From Rhodanobacteraceae bacterium (GTDB lineage: Bacteria > Pseudomonadota > Gammaproteobacteria > Xanthomonadales > Rhodanobacteraceae), in the NCBI GenBank assembly GCA_036278635.1, contig DASUKQ010000165.1, positions 4,607-68,606 on the forward strand: DNA of 64,000 nucleotides. The letters are read 5' to 3'. The position numbers were made by a program, and so were the translations under genes. Under the pieces are notes generated by a model that was given only the letters and a program-made list of their open reading frames with translations, did no database searches and was not told where the DNA came from. Shown here piece by piece: positions 1-8,971 of this stretch (positions are counted from its first letter, which is position 1; every line of letters starts with the position of its first letter).

Positions 1-1413
1 GTGGAAGATGGTGAGTACGTCGTCGTGCGTCAGCAACGACGGATGCCCGCCCGCGGGCGGCGCGAAGTTGCAGGTGAGGAACGCGATCGGCAACTGCAAC
101 GCGTCGCCGTCCCGGAAACGCGCGCGGCACACGTCCATCCAGGCGCCGCCACGCTTGCCGTTGCGTGCGTACAAGTCGAGATACACGCCCGCGATCACCG
201 CGCCGCTGGCGTCGCGTACCTCGCAATAGCGCACGTCCGGGTGCCACACGTCGACCCGCTCGCGCGCGGGTTCCACGGTGATGCCGTACAACTTGCCGGC
301 CACCGCGAACAAGCCGCTGAGGACCGCCGGCAACGGGAAGTACGCCTTGATCCGCTCCTCGTCCAGTGCGTAGCGCGAACGCCGCAATTTTTCCGACGCC
401 CAGGCGACATCCCAGCTTTCCAGTGTTTCCAGCCCGAGTTCGCTGCGCGCGAATTCACGCAGTTCCTCGAGTTCGCGTTGCGCGACCGGCTTGGCACGCG
501 CGATCAGGTCGCGCAGGAACGCAAGCACTTCGTCCGGCGTCGCCGCCATCTTGGTAGCCAGCGATTCTTCCGCGGCGTTTGCGAAGCCGAGCAGCTGCGC
601 GGCCTCGTGGCGAAGTGCCACGATTTTCTCGATGCGCGCGGAGTTGTCGAACTTGCCGGCGTCCGGGCCCTGGTCCGAGGCACGCGTCTGATACGCCCAG
701 TAGACGCGTTCGCGCAGGCCGCGGTTGTCGGCGTACGTCAACACGGCCTGCACGGATGGCTGCTTCAACGTCACCAGGTATCCGTCGAGATCGCGCTCGC
801 GCGCGTATTCGCGCAGCACCGCGCGACCGGATTCGGGGATGCCGGCGAGGTCGCGTTCGTCGTCGATGCGCTCGCGCCAGGATTCGCTCGCATCCAGCAC
901 GGCGTTGGAAAATCCGGTGGTGAGCCTGGACAGTTCGTTGACGATTTCCCGAAAGCGCGAGCGCGCTGGCTCTTCCAGCGCGACGCCGGACAACCGGAAG
1001 TCGCGCAACGCGTGCTCGACCAGCGCACGTTCGGGGCGGGAACGCCGGGCGAAGCCGGCGCCGTCGGCGACCGCCTGTACCGCCGCGTACAGATCCCGGT
1101 TCTGGCCCAGCGCGGTTTCGAAGTCGGTGATTTTCTCCAGCGCGGCATCGTACGCGGCGCGCAGTTCCCGGGTGTCCGCGACCGCGTGCAGGTGCGACAC
1201 CGGCGCCCAGGCCCGCGCGAGCCGCTGGTCGAGGCGCTCCTGCTCCAGCATCACGTGATCGAAATCGCGCGGCGTTCCGGGTGCGACCAAAACATCGATG
1301 CCGGACTGGTAGTCGGCCAGGACCGCCTCGATCGCCGGCACCACGTCGGTGGCGCGGATGCGCGAAAACGCCGGCAGTTGTGTCTCGTCGAGCAGGGAGT
1401 TGTCGGGTGGCAT
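1..1413 (-). CDS. prlC: oligopeptidase A (M3 zinc metallopeptidase), N-terminal 471 codons; 3' end runs off the window
   Basis: Absent from the ORF track because no stop codon lies in the window. My own minus-strand translation from the ATG at 1413-1411 gives MPPDNSLLDETQLPAFSRIRATDVVPAIEAVLADYQ...FLTCNFAPPAGGHPSLLTHDDVLTIFH. This is colinear with oligopeptidase A and stops just before the HEFGH zinc motif. The listed 1..1470 + ORF is its antisense shadow. Confidence 0.88.
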   Translation of the reverse strand, partial: MPPDNSLLDETQLPAFSRIRATDVVPAIEAVLADYQSGIDVLVAPGTPRDFDHVMLEQERLDQRLARAWAPVSHLHAVADTRELRAAYDAALEKITDFETALGQNRDLYAAVQAVADGAGFARRSRPERALVEHALRDFRLSGVALEEPARSRFREIVNELSRLTTGFSNAVLDASESWRERIDDERDLAGIPESGRAVLREYARERDLDGYLVTLKQPSVQAVLTYADNRGLRERVYWAYQTRASDQGPDAGKFDNSARIEKIVALRHEAAQLLGFANAAEESLATKMAATPDEVLAFLRDLIARAKPVAQRELEELREFARSELGLETLESWDVAWASEKLRRSRYALDEERIKAYFPLPAVLSGLFAVAGKLYGITVEPARERVDVWHPDVRYCEVRDASGAVIAGVYLDLYARNGKRGGAWMDVCRARFRDGDALQLPIAFLTCNFAPPAGGHPSLLTHDDVLTIFH

Positions 1414-1479
1414 CGCTGGCTCCGTCGTGATTCCACAGCGTGGCGTTGCCGCACGCCGAAATCAAGTTAGCATCGCGGC

Positions 1480-3279
1480 ATGGGCACAACCCCGGCCACG
1501 GATTTGCGCGGGCTGCTGACGGGCACCACGGTATTCGGCCACCTGAAAGGGCGTGAGCTGGACGCCCTGCTCGAAGAGATGGCCTGGTTCCTGCTGCCCG
1601 GTGGCGCACCGCTGTACGAGCGCGGCGAGGACTCCGATTCCCTGTTCCTGCTGAAGTCCGGCAGTCTCGGCCTGTTCGGCACGCCTTTGATCGGGGGGCC
1701 GCCCCGTCTGCTGGGGATCATCCCCGCCGGCGAAACCGTGGGCGAAATCGGCCTGATCGCCGGCGAGACCCGTACCCACAGTGTGCGCGCCTTGCGCGAC
1801 TCGGAACTGTTGCGCTTGTCGCGGGACGGCTTCGACAAACTCGTCGCGCGGCATCCGCAGGCAATGCTGGGCGCGGCGCGGGTTGCGGTACGGCGCCTGC
1901 TGCGCGATCCCCACGACGAGACCACCAGCTCCCCGCGCACGTTCGCGGTGCTGCCTTTCGACCACGACGTCGACCTGCATCGATTCTCCGAAGCATTGCA
2001 GCACAAGCTGTTGGCGTGGGGCGACTGCCTGGTGATCGATGCAAGCCTCGGACAGACGCGCGCCACCGACTGGTTCACCGAACGTGAATCCGAACACCGC
2101 TTCGTGCTGTACCTCGGCGACGGCGATCCGTCGTGGCGGCGGCTGTGCCAGCGCCAGGCCGATGCCTTGTTGCTCGTGGTCGGGGCCGAACGCACTGCAC
2201 AGGATTGGCCCTATCCGATCGGCAACCCGCTCCGGACAAGCGGACGGGATCCGCCGGGCCACGATGACGCCGTCGACAGCACCCATCACCGACCGCGTCA
2301 CCTGATCCTGCACCACCCGCCCGGGAAGTTCATCTATGGCGCCGCGCGCGCATGGCGAGCTCGGCTCGGTTCCGCGGAACTGCAACACCACCACTGGCGG
2401 CATGATGGCGACGTGTCGCGCATCGCCCGACTGCTGTCGGGCAACGGTACCGGACTGGTGCTTTCGGGCGGAGGCGCGCGCGGGTTCGCGCAGATCGGCG
2501 TGGTCCAGGCGCTGCGGGGAACCGGCATCAGCGTGGACACGGTGGTCGGCACCAGCATCGGCGCGATCATCGGCGCCGGGATCGCCTATGAATGGGACGA
2601 CGGCAAGCTGCGCGCGGCGTGCCGGCGCGCGCTGGTGGACGGCAAGCCGCTCGGCGACTGGACGCTGCCGCTGATCGCGCTGACCCGCGGCGCGCGCACC
2701 ACCATGCTGCTGCGCGAGGCATTCGGGGAAATCGACATCGAGGATCTTCCAATCCCGTTCGCCTGCGTATCGGCCGATCTCACGCTTGGCGTCACCGCGG
2801 TGCACCGGGAAGGACGGCTGTGGCGGTGGCTGCGTGCGTCGAGCGCGGTGCCCGGCATCCTGCCGCCGCTGTTCCACGACCAGCACGTGTACGTGGACGG
2901 CGCGGTGATCAACAATCTGCCGACCGACGTGCTGGCCGAGGACGCTCCCGGCCGCCTGATCGCCGTCGACATCGGCGCCGACGACACCCTGCGCGCGGAG
3001 ATCGACGAGTCCGCATCGCCGCCGTGGCCGACCCTGTGGGCACAACGCCGCACCCATCCCCGCCGTCCCGGCGCGTTCGCGATCCTGATCCGTGCCGGCA
3101 TGGTTAACTCGGAAAGCGGCAGCGCGCGGCGACGCGAACTGGCCGACCTGGTCCTGCGCCCGGACATGCATGAAGTCGGGATGTTCGACTGGCAGAAGTT
3201 CGACCGGGCGATCGAGATCGGCTACCGCACCACGCGGGACGCGGTGCGCGAACCCGCCGCGGGAACCGCCAAGGAGTGA
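1480..3279 (+). CDS. patatin-like phospholipase with N-terminal cyclic-nucleotide-binding domain (NTE/RssA family)
   Basis: The N-terminus has a cNMP-binding fold (FLLKSGSLGLF...GETVGEIGLIAGETRTHSVRALRDSELLRL). The patatin oxyanion motif LSGGGARG and the serine motif GTSIG are present, and the catalytic Asp region is VDGAVINNLP. Confidence 0.9.
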   Translation: MGTTPATDLRGLLTGTTVFGHLKGRELDALLEEMAWFLLPGGAPLYERGEDSDSLFLLKSGSLGLFGTPLIGGPPRLLGIIPAGETVGEIGLIAGETRTHSVRALRDSELLRLSRDGFDKLVARHPQAMLGAARVAVRRLLRDPHDETTSSPRTFAVLPFDHDVDLHRFSEALQHKLLAWGDCLVIDASLGQTRATDWFTERESEHRFVLYLGDGDPSWRRLCQRQADALLLVVGAERTAQDWPYPIGNPLRTSGRDPPGHDDAVDSTHHRPRHLILHHPPGKFIYGAARAWRARLGSAELQHHHWRHDGDVSRIARLLSGNGTGLVLSGGGARGFAQIGVVQALRGTGISVDTVVGTSIGAIIGAGIAYEWDDGKLRAACRRALVDGKPLGDWTLPLIALTRGARTTMLLREAFGEIDIEDLPIPFACVSADLTLGVTAVHREGRLWRWLRASSAVPGILPPLFHDQHVYVDGAVINNLPTDVLAEDAPGRLIAVDIGADDTLRAEIDESASPPWPTLWAQRRTHPRRPGAFAILIRAGMVNSESGSARRRELADLVLRPDMHEVGMFDWQKFDRAIEIGYRTTRDAVREPAAGTAKE

Positions 3280-3373
3280 ACCAACCCGGCAGACGCTGCG
3301 TGCGCCCGGCGGTATCCACGACCCGATGCAATCGTTACGATGCACCGATCGTGACCCACGAGGACGAAGTGCA

Positions 3374-3913
3374 ATGACCAACCTGCGGACGTATCGTGGC
3401 GTGTCGCCGAAACTCGGTGCGCGCGTGTATGTCGATCCAGCCGCGAGCGTGATCGGTGACGTGGCACTGGATGACGACGTGTCGATCTGGCCGGGGGCGG
3501 CGGTGCGCGGCGACGTGGAAAAAATCCGCATCGGCGCGCGCACCAACGTGCAGGACGGTGCGGTATTGCACGTGACCCACGACGGTCCGTATTCGCCCGG
3601 CGGATTTCCCTGCACCGTCGGCAGCGATGTCACCATCGGCCACGCGGCCGTGGTGCACGCGTGCACCGTCGAGGACTGCTGCCTGATCGGCATGCACGCG
3701 ACCGTGCTGGATGGCGCAGTGGTCAAACGCCACGGTTTCGTCGGCGCCGGCGCACTGGTCGCGCCGGGCAAGGTGGTCGGCGAAGGCGAACTCTGGATTG
3801 GCAACCCGGCACGTTGCGTGCGCCGCCTGAGTGACAGCGAGATCGAGGCATTGCATTACTCCGCCAACCATTACGTCGAATTGAAGGACGAATACCTCGC
3901 CATGGTTTTGTAG
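3374..3913 (+). CDS. gamma-carbonic-anhydrase-like / hexapeptide-repeat (LbH) protein
   Basis: MTNLRTYRGVSPKLGARVYVDPAASVIGDV...IWPGAAVRGD...IGARTNVQDGAVLH... is a typical YrdA/PaaY-type left-handed beta-helix. I chose the internal ATG at 3374 within the longer 3092 ORF. Confidence 0.85.
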   Translation: MTNLRTYRGVSPKLGARVYVDPAASVIGDVALDDDVSIWPGAAVRGDVEKIRIGARTNVQDGAVLHVTHDGPYSPGGFPCTVGSDVTIGHAAVVHACTVEDCCLIGMHATVLDGAVVKRHGFVGAGALVAPGKVVGEGELWIGNPARCVRRLSDSEIEALHYSANHYVELKDEYLAMVL

Positions 3914-4160
3914 GAGCGCGCCTGCGCGTGATAAAGCACACCATGGTTTTGTAGGAGCGCGCCTGCGCGCGATCGTTTGCCGCGAGATGCCGGTCGCCGG
4001 CAGGCCGGCTCCCACAAGAGCAACGTTCGTGAACGGTTCTTCGCAGGAGCGCGCCCTGCGCGCGATCGTTTGTCGCGAGATGCCGGTCGCCGGCAGAGAC
4101 CAGCTCCTGCAAGAGCAAAGTTCGTGAACAGCTCTTCGTAGGAGCGCGCCTGCGCGCGAC
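3910..4160. repeat. REP-like array, GTAGGAGCGCGCCTGCGCGCGAT family; about 94-bp unit in tandem plus partial copies
   Basis: The head motif (G/C)(T/C)AGGAGCGCGCC(C)TGCGCGCGA occurs at 3910, 3951, 4043 and 4138. Units 3951-4042 and 4043-4137 are colinear (…GATCGTTTG(C/T)CGCGAGATGCCGGTCGCCGGCAG…GTTCGTGAAC…TTC). Confidence 0.85.
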
Positions 4161-4188
4161 CAGGGGCTCCGACTCGTGGACGGCGCTT

Positions 4189-5034
4189 TCACGCCCGGAC
4201 GCGTTCCTGGGACCGATCGCGCAATGAGCGCAACGCGGCGTCGACATCGGGGTGTATGCCATGCCAGCGTTCGAAGGACGCGGCAGCGGTTTCGACCAGC
4301 ATCCCCAGGCCATCGAACGCGGATGCGCAACCCGCCCGGTGCGTCCACGCCAGAAACGCATCCGCAGCCCGACCATAACTCAAGTCGTAGGCGTCCGTGC
4401 GCGGATCCGCAAGCGATTCCGGCAACGCCAGATCGGCGTGATGCAGGCCCGCCGACGTCGCGTTCACGATCAGGTCGAACGGCGCGCAACGATCCAATGT
4501 GTTCCAACGCAAGACGCGCACCCTTTCCGGCGACGTCAACGCATCGGCAAGTGAGCCCGCGCGTTCAAACGTTCGGTTGGCGATGGCCAGCGTGCGCACG
4601 TCCGCATCCCGCAACGCGAACGCCGCCGCGCGCGCGGCTCCGCCGGCACCCAGCAACAATACGTTGCGGCCGCGCGGATCGATCCCGCAGCGCGAGCACA
4701 AATCGGCAAGCATCCCCGCGCCGTCGTTGCTGTCGGCCTCGAGGCGACCGTCTGGGAACCCCGTCAGCACGTTTGCCACGCCCAGGGGTTCGGCCGCCGC
4801 GGTGCGCACGTCCGCAAGATCGAACGCCGCCGCCTTGTGCGGCAGGGTGATGTTGGCGCCGCGCCCGCCCTGCGCGAAAAACGCGCGCACGGCATCTGCA
4901 AATCCGGCGGACGCGGTGTCGAGCGCGAGGTATTCCTGTTCGATGCCCGTCTGTGCCGCGAACAACGCATGCAGGCGCGGCGACAGCGAATGCGCGACCG
5001 GGTGGCCGAATACGGCGTAACGAGGGAGAGACAT
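4189..5034 (-). CDS. aroE: shikimate dehydrogenase
   Basis: MSLPRYAVFGHPVAHSLSPRLHALFAAQTGI...ANITLPHKAAAF...LLLGAGGAARAAAFAL...NATSAGL is canonical AroE. Start set at the ATG at 5034; the longer ORF to 5187 reads through a simple repeat. Confidence 0.9.
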   Translation of the reverse strand: MSLPRYAVFGHPVAHSLSPRLHALFAAQTGIEQEYLALDTASAGFADAVRAFFAQGGRGANITLPHKAAAFDLADVRTAAAEPLGVANVLTGFPDGRLEADSNDGAGMLADLCSRCGIDPRGRNVLLLGAGGAARAAAFALRDADVRTLAIANRTFERAGSLADALTSPERVRVLRWNTLDRCAPFDLIVNATSAGLHHADLALPESLADPRTDAYDLSYGRAADAFLAWTHRAGCASAFDGLGMLVETAAASFERWHGIHPDVDAALRSLRDRSQERVRA

Positions 5035-5046
5035 GTCGGGGAGATC

Positions 5047-5126
5047 GGGGACTCGGGACTTGGACTCGGGACTTGGACTCGGGACTCGGGACTCGGGACT
5101 CGGGACCCGGGACCCGGGACCCGGGG
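5047..5126. repeat. tandem heptad repeat (GGGACTC/GGGACCC)n, about 11 units, immediately upstream of the aroE start
   Basis: GGGGACTCGGGACTTGGACTCGGGACTTGGACTCGGGACTCGGGACTCGGGACTCGGGACCCGGGACCCGGGACCCGGGG, read directly from the + strand. Confidence 0.95.
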
Positions 5127-5243
5127 AGAGCGTAACAACGAACGCCGCAGCCCGCCGAATCCATGCGGGTCCGGTGCGTCGTCGCAAGCTTTGAGACGCG
5201 GCGGATACAGGCTGGGATCGACTCTCCTCAGCCCGAGCAGACC

Positions 5244-5606
5244 ATGTCCAATCTTACTTTTGTCCTCCGTGATGCACCCCGATCCGTCGTCTTTCGCCGC
5301 AGTCGCGGGCAGCCCGCACGCCACCCGGCCGCGGCAGACGCGCCGTATCGGTATGACCGTCGCAACGCTGCCCTGCCCCGTCGTCGCAGCAGCTCACCGA
5401 ACGCGGCGCCCGATCCGGTAACCCTCGCCGCCGCAACATGGCTCGCTTGCGGCATCGTGCTGCTGGGACTGACGCCCCTGCCCCTTCGCGATGCCACCCT
5501 CGGCTGGTCACCGGCATTCTGGCTGCTCGTGGCGCCCGCCATCCTGTTGCTCGCAAGATACATGTTTAGGGAGCAGTCGTCGTTGCATTCGGAGCAGCCG
5601 TGGTGA
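5244..5606 (+). CDS. hypothetical small membrane protein (weak call)
   Basis: The C-terminal half has two hydrophobic helices (VTLAAATWLACGIVLLGL, WSPAFWLLVAPAILLLARYMF). The N-terminal half is Arg/Pro-rich and may not be coding. I recognise no family and the start is uncertain. Confidence 0.25.
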   Translation: MSNLTFVLRDAPRSVVFRRSRGQPARHPAAADAPYRYDRRNAALPRRRSSSPNAAPDPVTLAAATWLACGIVLLGLTPLPLRDATLGWSPAFWLLVAPAILLLARYMFREQSSLHSEQPW

Positions 5607-5660
5607 ACAGTCAAGCCACGGAGCTCTTGGCCATGGATGGCAGCTTTGATGGCCGTTCTG
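5604..5660 (-). repeat. REP copy of the CAGAACGGCCATC...CCATGGCCAAGAGCTCC...CTGACT family (inverted orientation)
   Basis: The reverse complement of 5604-5660 aligns with 33807-33860 (cagaacggccatca(g/a)agc(c/t)gcc(g/a)tccatggccaagagctcc). Confidence 0.75.
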
Positions 5661-5870
5661 ATGTTCGCGGCCACCAGAGTGCCAATTGGTATAAGTGGGG
5701 TTGAGCGAAACGGCGTTCAGGGGCGATCGCAAAAGCTGCGGTGATCAGTCAGGCGGCGGCACCCCCGGCCCTGGATGGCGGTTCTCGATGGCCATCCTGA
5801 CGGTCGCGACCAGCGCAGCGCCAATGGGCAGGATGAGGTTCAGCGATACCCCGATGGGGGGCGCTCGCAA

Positions 5871-7352
5871 TCATGTCGCGGCGCCGCTGCGCTTGGCCTC
5901 CATCCGCCGCAGCAACTCGGCCATGATGCGTCGGTAAAGCTCGACGCCCAACTCTGCATCCTCGACCCCGGCATCGATCGATGGGTTGTCGTTGACCTCG
6001 ATCAACAGCGCGCGTTCGCGCGTCTGCTTGATGTCAACGCCGTACAGACCGTTGCCGATCGCCGCGGTACCTCGCAATGCGAGCCGGATCACGTCGTGCG
6101 GCACGTCGTCCAGGTCCAGGCACTCGAACCCGCCCGAACGCGCACTGCCGCGGGCGCTGTGGTTGTAGATCTGCCAGTGTCCGCGCGACATGAAGTATTT
6201 GCACGCATACAACGGTTTGCGATTGAGCACGCCGATCCGCCAGTCGTACTCGGTGTACAGGAATTCCTGCGCAATCAGCAGCGCCGTGCTCTGGAACAGG
6301 CGCTGCGCGGCCTCGGTCAGTTGCTTCTCGTCGTCCACCTTGACCACGCCCCGCGAGAACGACCCATCCGGGATCTTGAGCACGACGGGGAAGCCGAGTT
6401 TTTCCGGCAGCTCGCGCAACTGTTTGGCGTCTTCGCGGTACAGCACCTCCGAGCGCGGAACCGCGAGCTTCTTCGAACGCAGCAAATCGTTCAGATAAAT
6501 CTTGTTGGTGCAACGCAGGATCGAAGTCGGGTCGTCGATCACCACCATGCCCTCGCGCTCGGCCTTGTGCGCGAAGCGATAGGTGTGGTCGTCCGGCGCG
6601 GTGGTTTCGCGGATGAACAGGCCGTCGTATTCGGCCAGGCGCGGGTAGTCGTGCTTCGTAATGGGGTCGACCTCGATGTCGAGCTCGCGACCGGCCGCGA
6701 CGAAGTGCTTGAGCGCGCGCGAATTCGAGGGCGGCATCGCCTCGTTCGGGTCGACCAGCATCGCCAGGTCGTAGCGGTATTGCCTGCGGGTGCGCGGCTT
6801 GCGCCACAGGCGTTTGGAAAAGGTGTCGAGCGCCTGCGCGAACGCGTCCTCCTGGGCGTCATCCAGGGTGTGCAAGCCGACCGGCTTGATCGCGCTGATC
6901 TGCCACACGCGGTCGCGCTCGAACTCGATCCGGAGCAGCGGGCAGGGAAATGTCTCGAACACCTGTCGCGCGAGATCCTGCAACGCCGGATACGAGGTGA
7001 CACCGAAATACACCAGGATTCCGAGGTCGGTGGTGTCCTGCCCCCCGGCGGGCAGGAAATGCGCGAGTTTCTGGTTCAAATCCTCGACGTCGAGGTTGTA
7101 CAACGCGCGCTTGCGCAGGTCATTGATGGTGCGCACCGAGGGAATCACGCGGTGGCCGCGGGCCTCGCCCAGCAGCGAGACGTAGTGGCCGATCCCGAGG
7201 TACTTGTAGCTGCGGCACAGGTTGATCACGTGGGTGCGCTCGTCGCCGCCGATCGGCTCGCGCAGGTATTGCATCGCGGTGACCACGTTGTCGGACGGGT
7301 AGTACGAACCCCAGTCCGAGGCCTTTTCGACAACGATGACGAGCCGACTCAT
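5871..7352 (-). CDS. RimK-family ATP-grasp ligase with N-terminal RimK-associated domain
   Basis: 493 aa. The C-terminal ATP-grasp is FPVVLKIPDGSFSRGVVKV...LIAQEFLYTEYDWRIGVLNRKPLYACKYFM...YGVDIKQT..ALLIEVNDNPSID. Confidence 0.85.
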   Translation of the reverse strand: MSRLVIVVEKASDWGSYYPSDNVVTAMQYLREPIGGDERTHVINLCRSYKYLGIGHYVSLLGEARGHRVIPSVRTINDLRKRALYNLDVEDLNQKLAHFLPAGGQDTTDLGILVYFGVTSYPALQDLARQVFETFPCPLLRIEFERDRVWQISAIKPVGLHTLDDAQEDAFAQALDTFSKRLWRKPRTRRQYRYDLAMLVDPNEAMPPSNSRALKHFVAAGRELDIEVDPITKHDYPRLAEYDGLFIRETTAPDDHTYRFAHKAEREGMVVIDDPTSILRCTNKIYLNDLLRSKKLAVPRSEVLYREDAKQLRELPEKLGFPVVLKIPDGSFSRGVVKVDDEKQLTEAAQRLFQSTALLIAQEFLYTEYDWRIGVLNRKPLYACKYFMSRGHWQIYNHSARGSARSGGFECLDLDDVPHDVIRLALRGTAAIGNGLYGVDIKQTRERALLIEVNDNPSIDAGVEDAELGVELYRRIMAELLRRMEAKRSGAAT

Positions 7353-7497
7353 CGAACACTTCCTGATTGGTACCTGTCGGACAGCAAGCGACTTCCGATG
7401 GTCCGCGCAGTGTCGGGACGCCCGGGCCGGAACGCAAGGGGACCCCGCCGAACCTTCGAGCTTGCGCGAGGCATGGGCAGACGCCTACGCTGCGACC

Positions 7498-7971
7498 ATG
7501 GTTGTCCACGTTCGCGACCAACCCCGGCATGCGACGCCCTCCGATCTCGACAGCCTGCTGGCCCTCGAGCAGCGGACGTTCACGGGCGACCGCATCAGCC
7601 GAAGGCAATGGCGGCGGCATCTCGCCAGCACCAGCGCAAGCGTGCTGGTGGCCGGACCACCCGGCGACGTGTCTGCGGCAGCCGTGGTGTTTTACCGCGC
7701 CAATTCGCCCGGCGCACGCCTGTATTCGCTCGCAGTACGCGAGGACAGCCGCCGCGCCGGGTTGGGCGGAACGCTGCTCGCGGCGGCCGAAGCCGACGCC
7801 CGCGGGCGCGGGCGCATGGCAATGCGGCTCGAAGTCGGCGTGGACAACCGGTCCGCCATCGCGCTCTACGAGCGCTGCGGGTACCACCGACTGGCGCGCC
7901 TGCCGGCTTTTTATGAGGACGGTGCGGATGCCTGGCGTTATGCAAAACGGCTGACGACTGTCACCCGGTAA
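7498..7971 (+). CDS. GNAT family N-acetyltransferase
   Basis: LYSLAVREDSRRAGLGGTLLAAAEADARGRG...LEVGVDNRSAIALYERCGY is the acetyl-CoA-binding Q/RxxGxG/A motif region. I chose the internal ATG at 7498 (MVVHVRD). Confidence 0.8.
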   Translation: MVVHVRDQPRHATPSDLDSLLALEQRTFTGDRISRRQWRRHLASTSASVLVAGPPGDVSAAAVVFYRANSPGARLYSLAVREDSRRAGLGGTLLAAAEADARGRGRMAMRLEVGVDNRSAIALYERCGYHRLARLPAFYEDGADAWRYAKRLTTVTR

Positions 7972-8134
7972 ACCGGTGACATCCGGGACATGCGGTTCGC
8001 GTCGTGGCCGTCGATACTGGCTTGGCAAATCACGAGGTTGGCGCAACGGACGCGCAGCATGTCAAGGACACTTGACACACGCCGGCGCCGCGTTTATCTT
8101 GGGTGTCAAGCGAACTTGACAAGGAGTCCATCCG

Positions 8135-8971
8135 ATGAACCGAATCCTGCTGGCTTCACTGTGCGCCGCGCTGTTCGGCATGGCCGTCCCGGCGACTGCC
8201 GCAACCCTGCCCACCGCAACGACCGCCCCGTCCACCGCACGGGCGGCGAAGCCACTCCCGCCGCCTCGCGAAACCCCGGCGATCAAGCACATCCTCGAGG
8301 CCATGAGCAATGCCTCGACCTGGGGACACCCCGACCTCTTCGGCGAATTTGCCGGGATGAAGCGCCTGTTCAAGGGCGACTATGCAGGCGCACTGAAGTA
8401 CTTCAAGTATGGCGCCCGCTATGCGGACAAGTTTTCCCAGTACAGCATCGGCATGATGTACCTCAAAGGGCGCGGCGTGCAGCGCGATCCCGCCACGGGC
8501 TGCGCGTGGCTCGCGCTCGCGGCCGAACGCAAATATCCCAAGTTCGTCGAGGCACACGACTACCTGTGCGCCGGATTGACCTTCGCACAACGCGCGCAGT
8601 CCGCAGCCGTACTCGACAAATTGTTGCCCGTGTACGGCGACAAGGTTGCCAAACGGCGCATGAAGGTGGAACTGGAGCACGACCGGACCGAACTGACCGG
8701 CTCGCACGTCGGATACGACTTCGGCGTCCAGACGGCCACCGCCCTCGATCCGTCGGGCCACGCGCGAAGCGGGAACCGTTGCGACGAACCGATTCTCTAT
8801 CTGGGCGGGGTGGGCATCCCCTCCAGTTGCGGCAAGTTCAATCCGGCGCTGCTGAATCCGTCGAAATACTTCGCCGCGCGCGATGCGCAATTCACGGGCA
8901 CGGTCACGGTCGGCGCGTTGCAACCCGACGACGCGGCCGCACCGGCCTCCGCGTCCAGCGCGAACCCCTGA
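8135..8971 (+). CDS. secreted Sel1-repeat (SLR) protein
   Basis: Signal peptide MNRILLASLCAALFGMAVPATAA. Sel1-like repeat YAGALKYFKYGARYADKFSQYSIGMMYLKGRGVQRDPATGCAWLALAAE. Confidence 0.7.
   Translation: MNRILLASLCAALFGMAVPATAATLPTATTAPSTARAAKPLPPPRETPAIKHILEAMSNASTWGHPDLFGEFAGMKRLFKGDYAGALKYFKYGARYADKFSQYSIGMMYLKGRGVQRDPATGCAWLALAAERKYPKFVEAHDYLCAGLTFAQRAQSAAVLDKLLPVYGDKVAKRRMKVELEHDRTELTGSHVGYDFGVQTATALDPSGHARSGNRCDEPILYLGGVGIPSSCGKFNPALLNPSKYFAARDAQFTGTVTVGALQPDDAAAPASASSANP

Noticed and set aside
1-1470. 489-aa + strand ORF listed first in the track.
   Set aside because: It is Arg/Val/Gly/His-rich, low-complexity antisense sequence. The opposite strand in the complementary frame translates to an unmistakable oligopeptidase A.
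1462-3804. 780-aa minus-strand ORF.
   Set aside because: Antisense shadow of the patatin and hexapeptide genes. It has no recognisable motifs and the Pro/Arg/Ala-rich composition typical of off-frame high-GC DNA.
4189-5187. N-terminal extension of aroE (…SPGPGSRVPSPESRVPSPSPESKSRVP…), which looks like a collagen-like or proline-rich domain.
   Set aside because: It is simply the translation of the heptad repeat. AroE homologues start at the MSLPRYAVFGHP position.
5775-7916. 713-aa + strand ORF.
   Set aside because: Antisense to the RimK-like gene and out of frame with the GNAT gene. No motifs.
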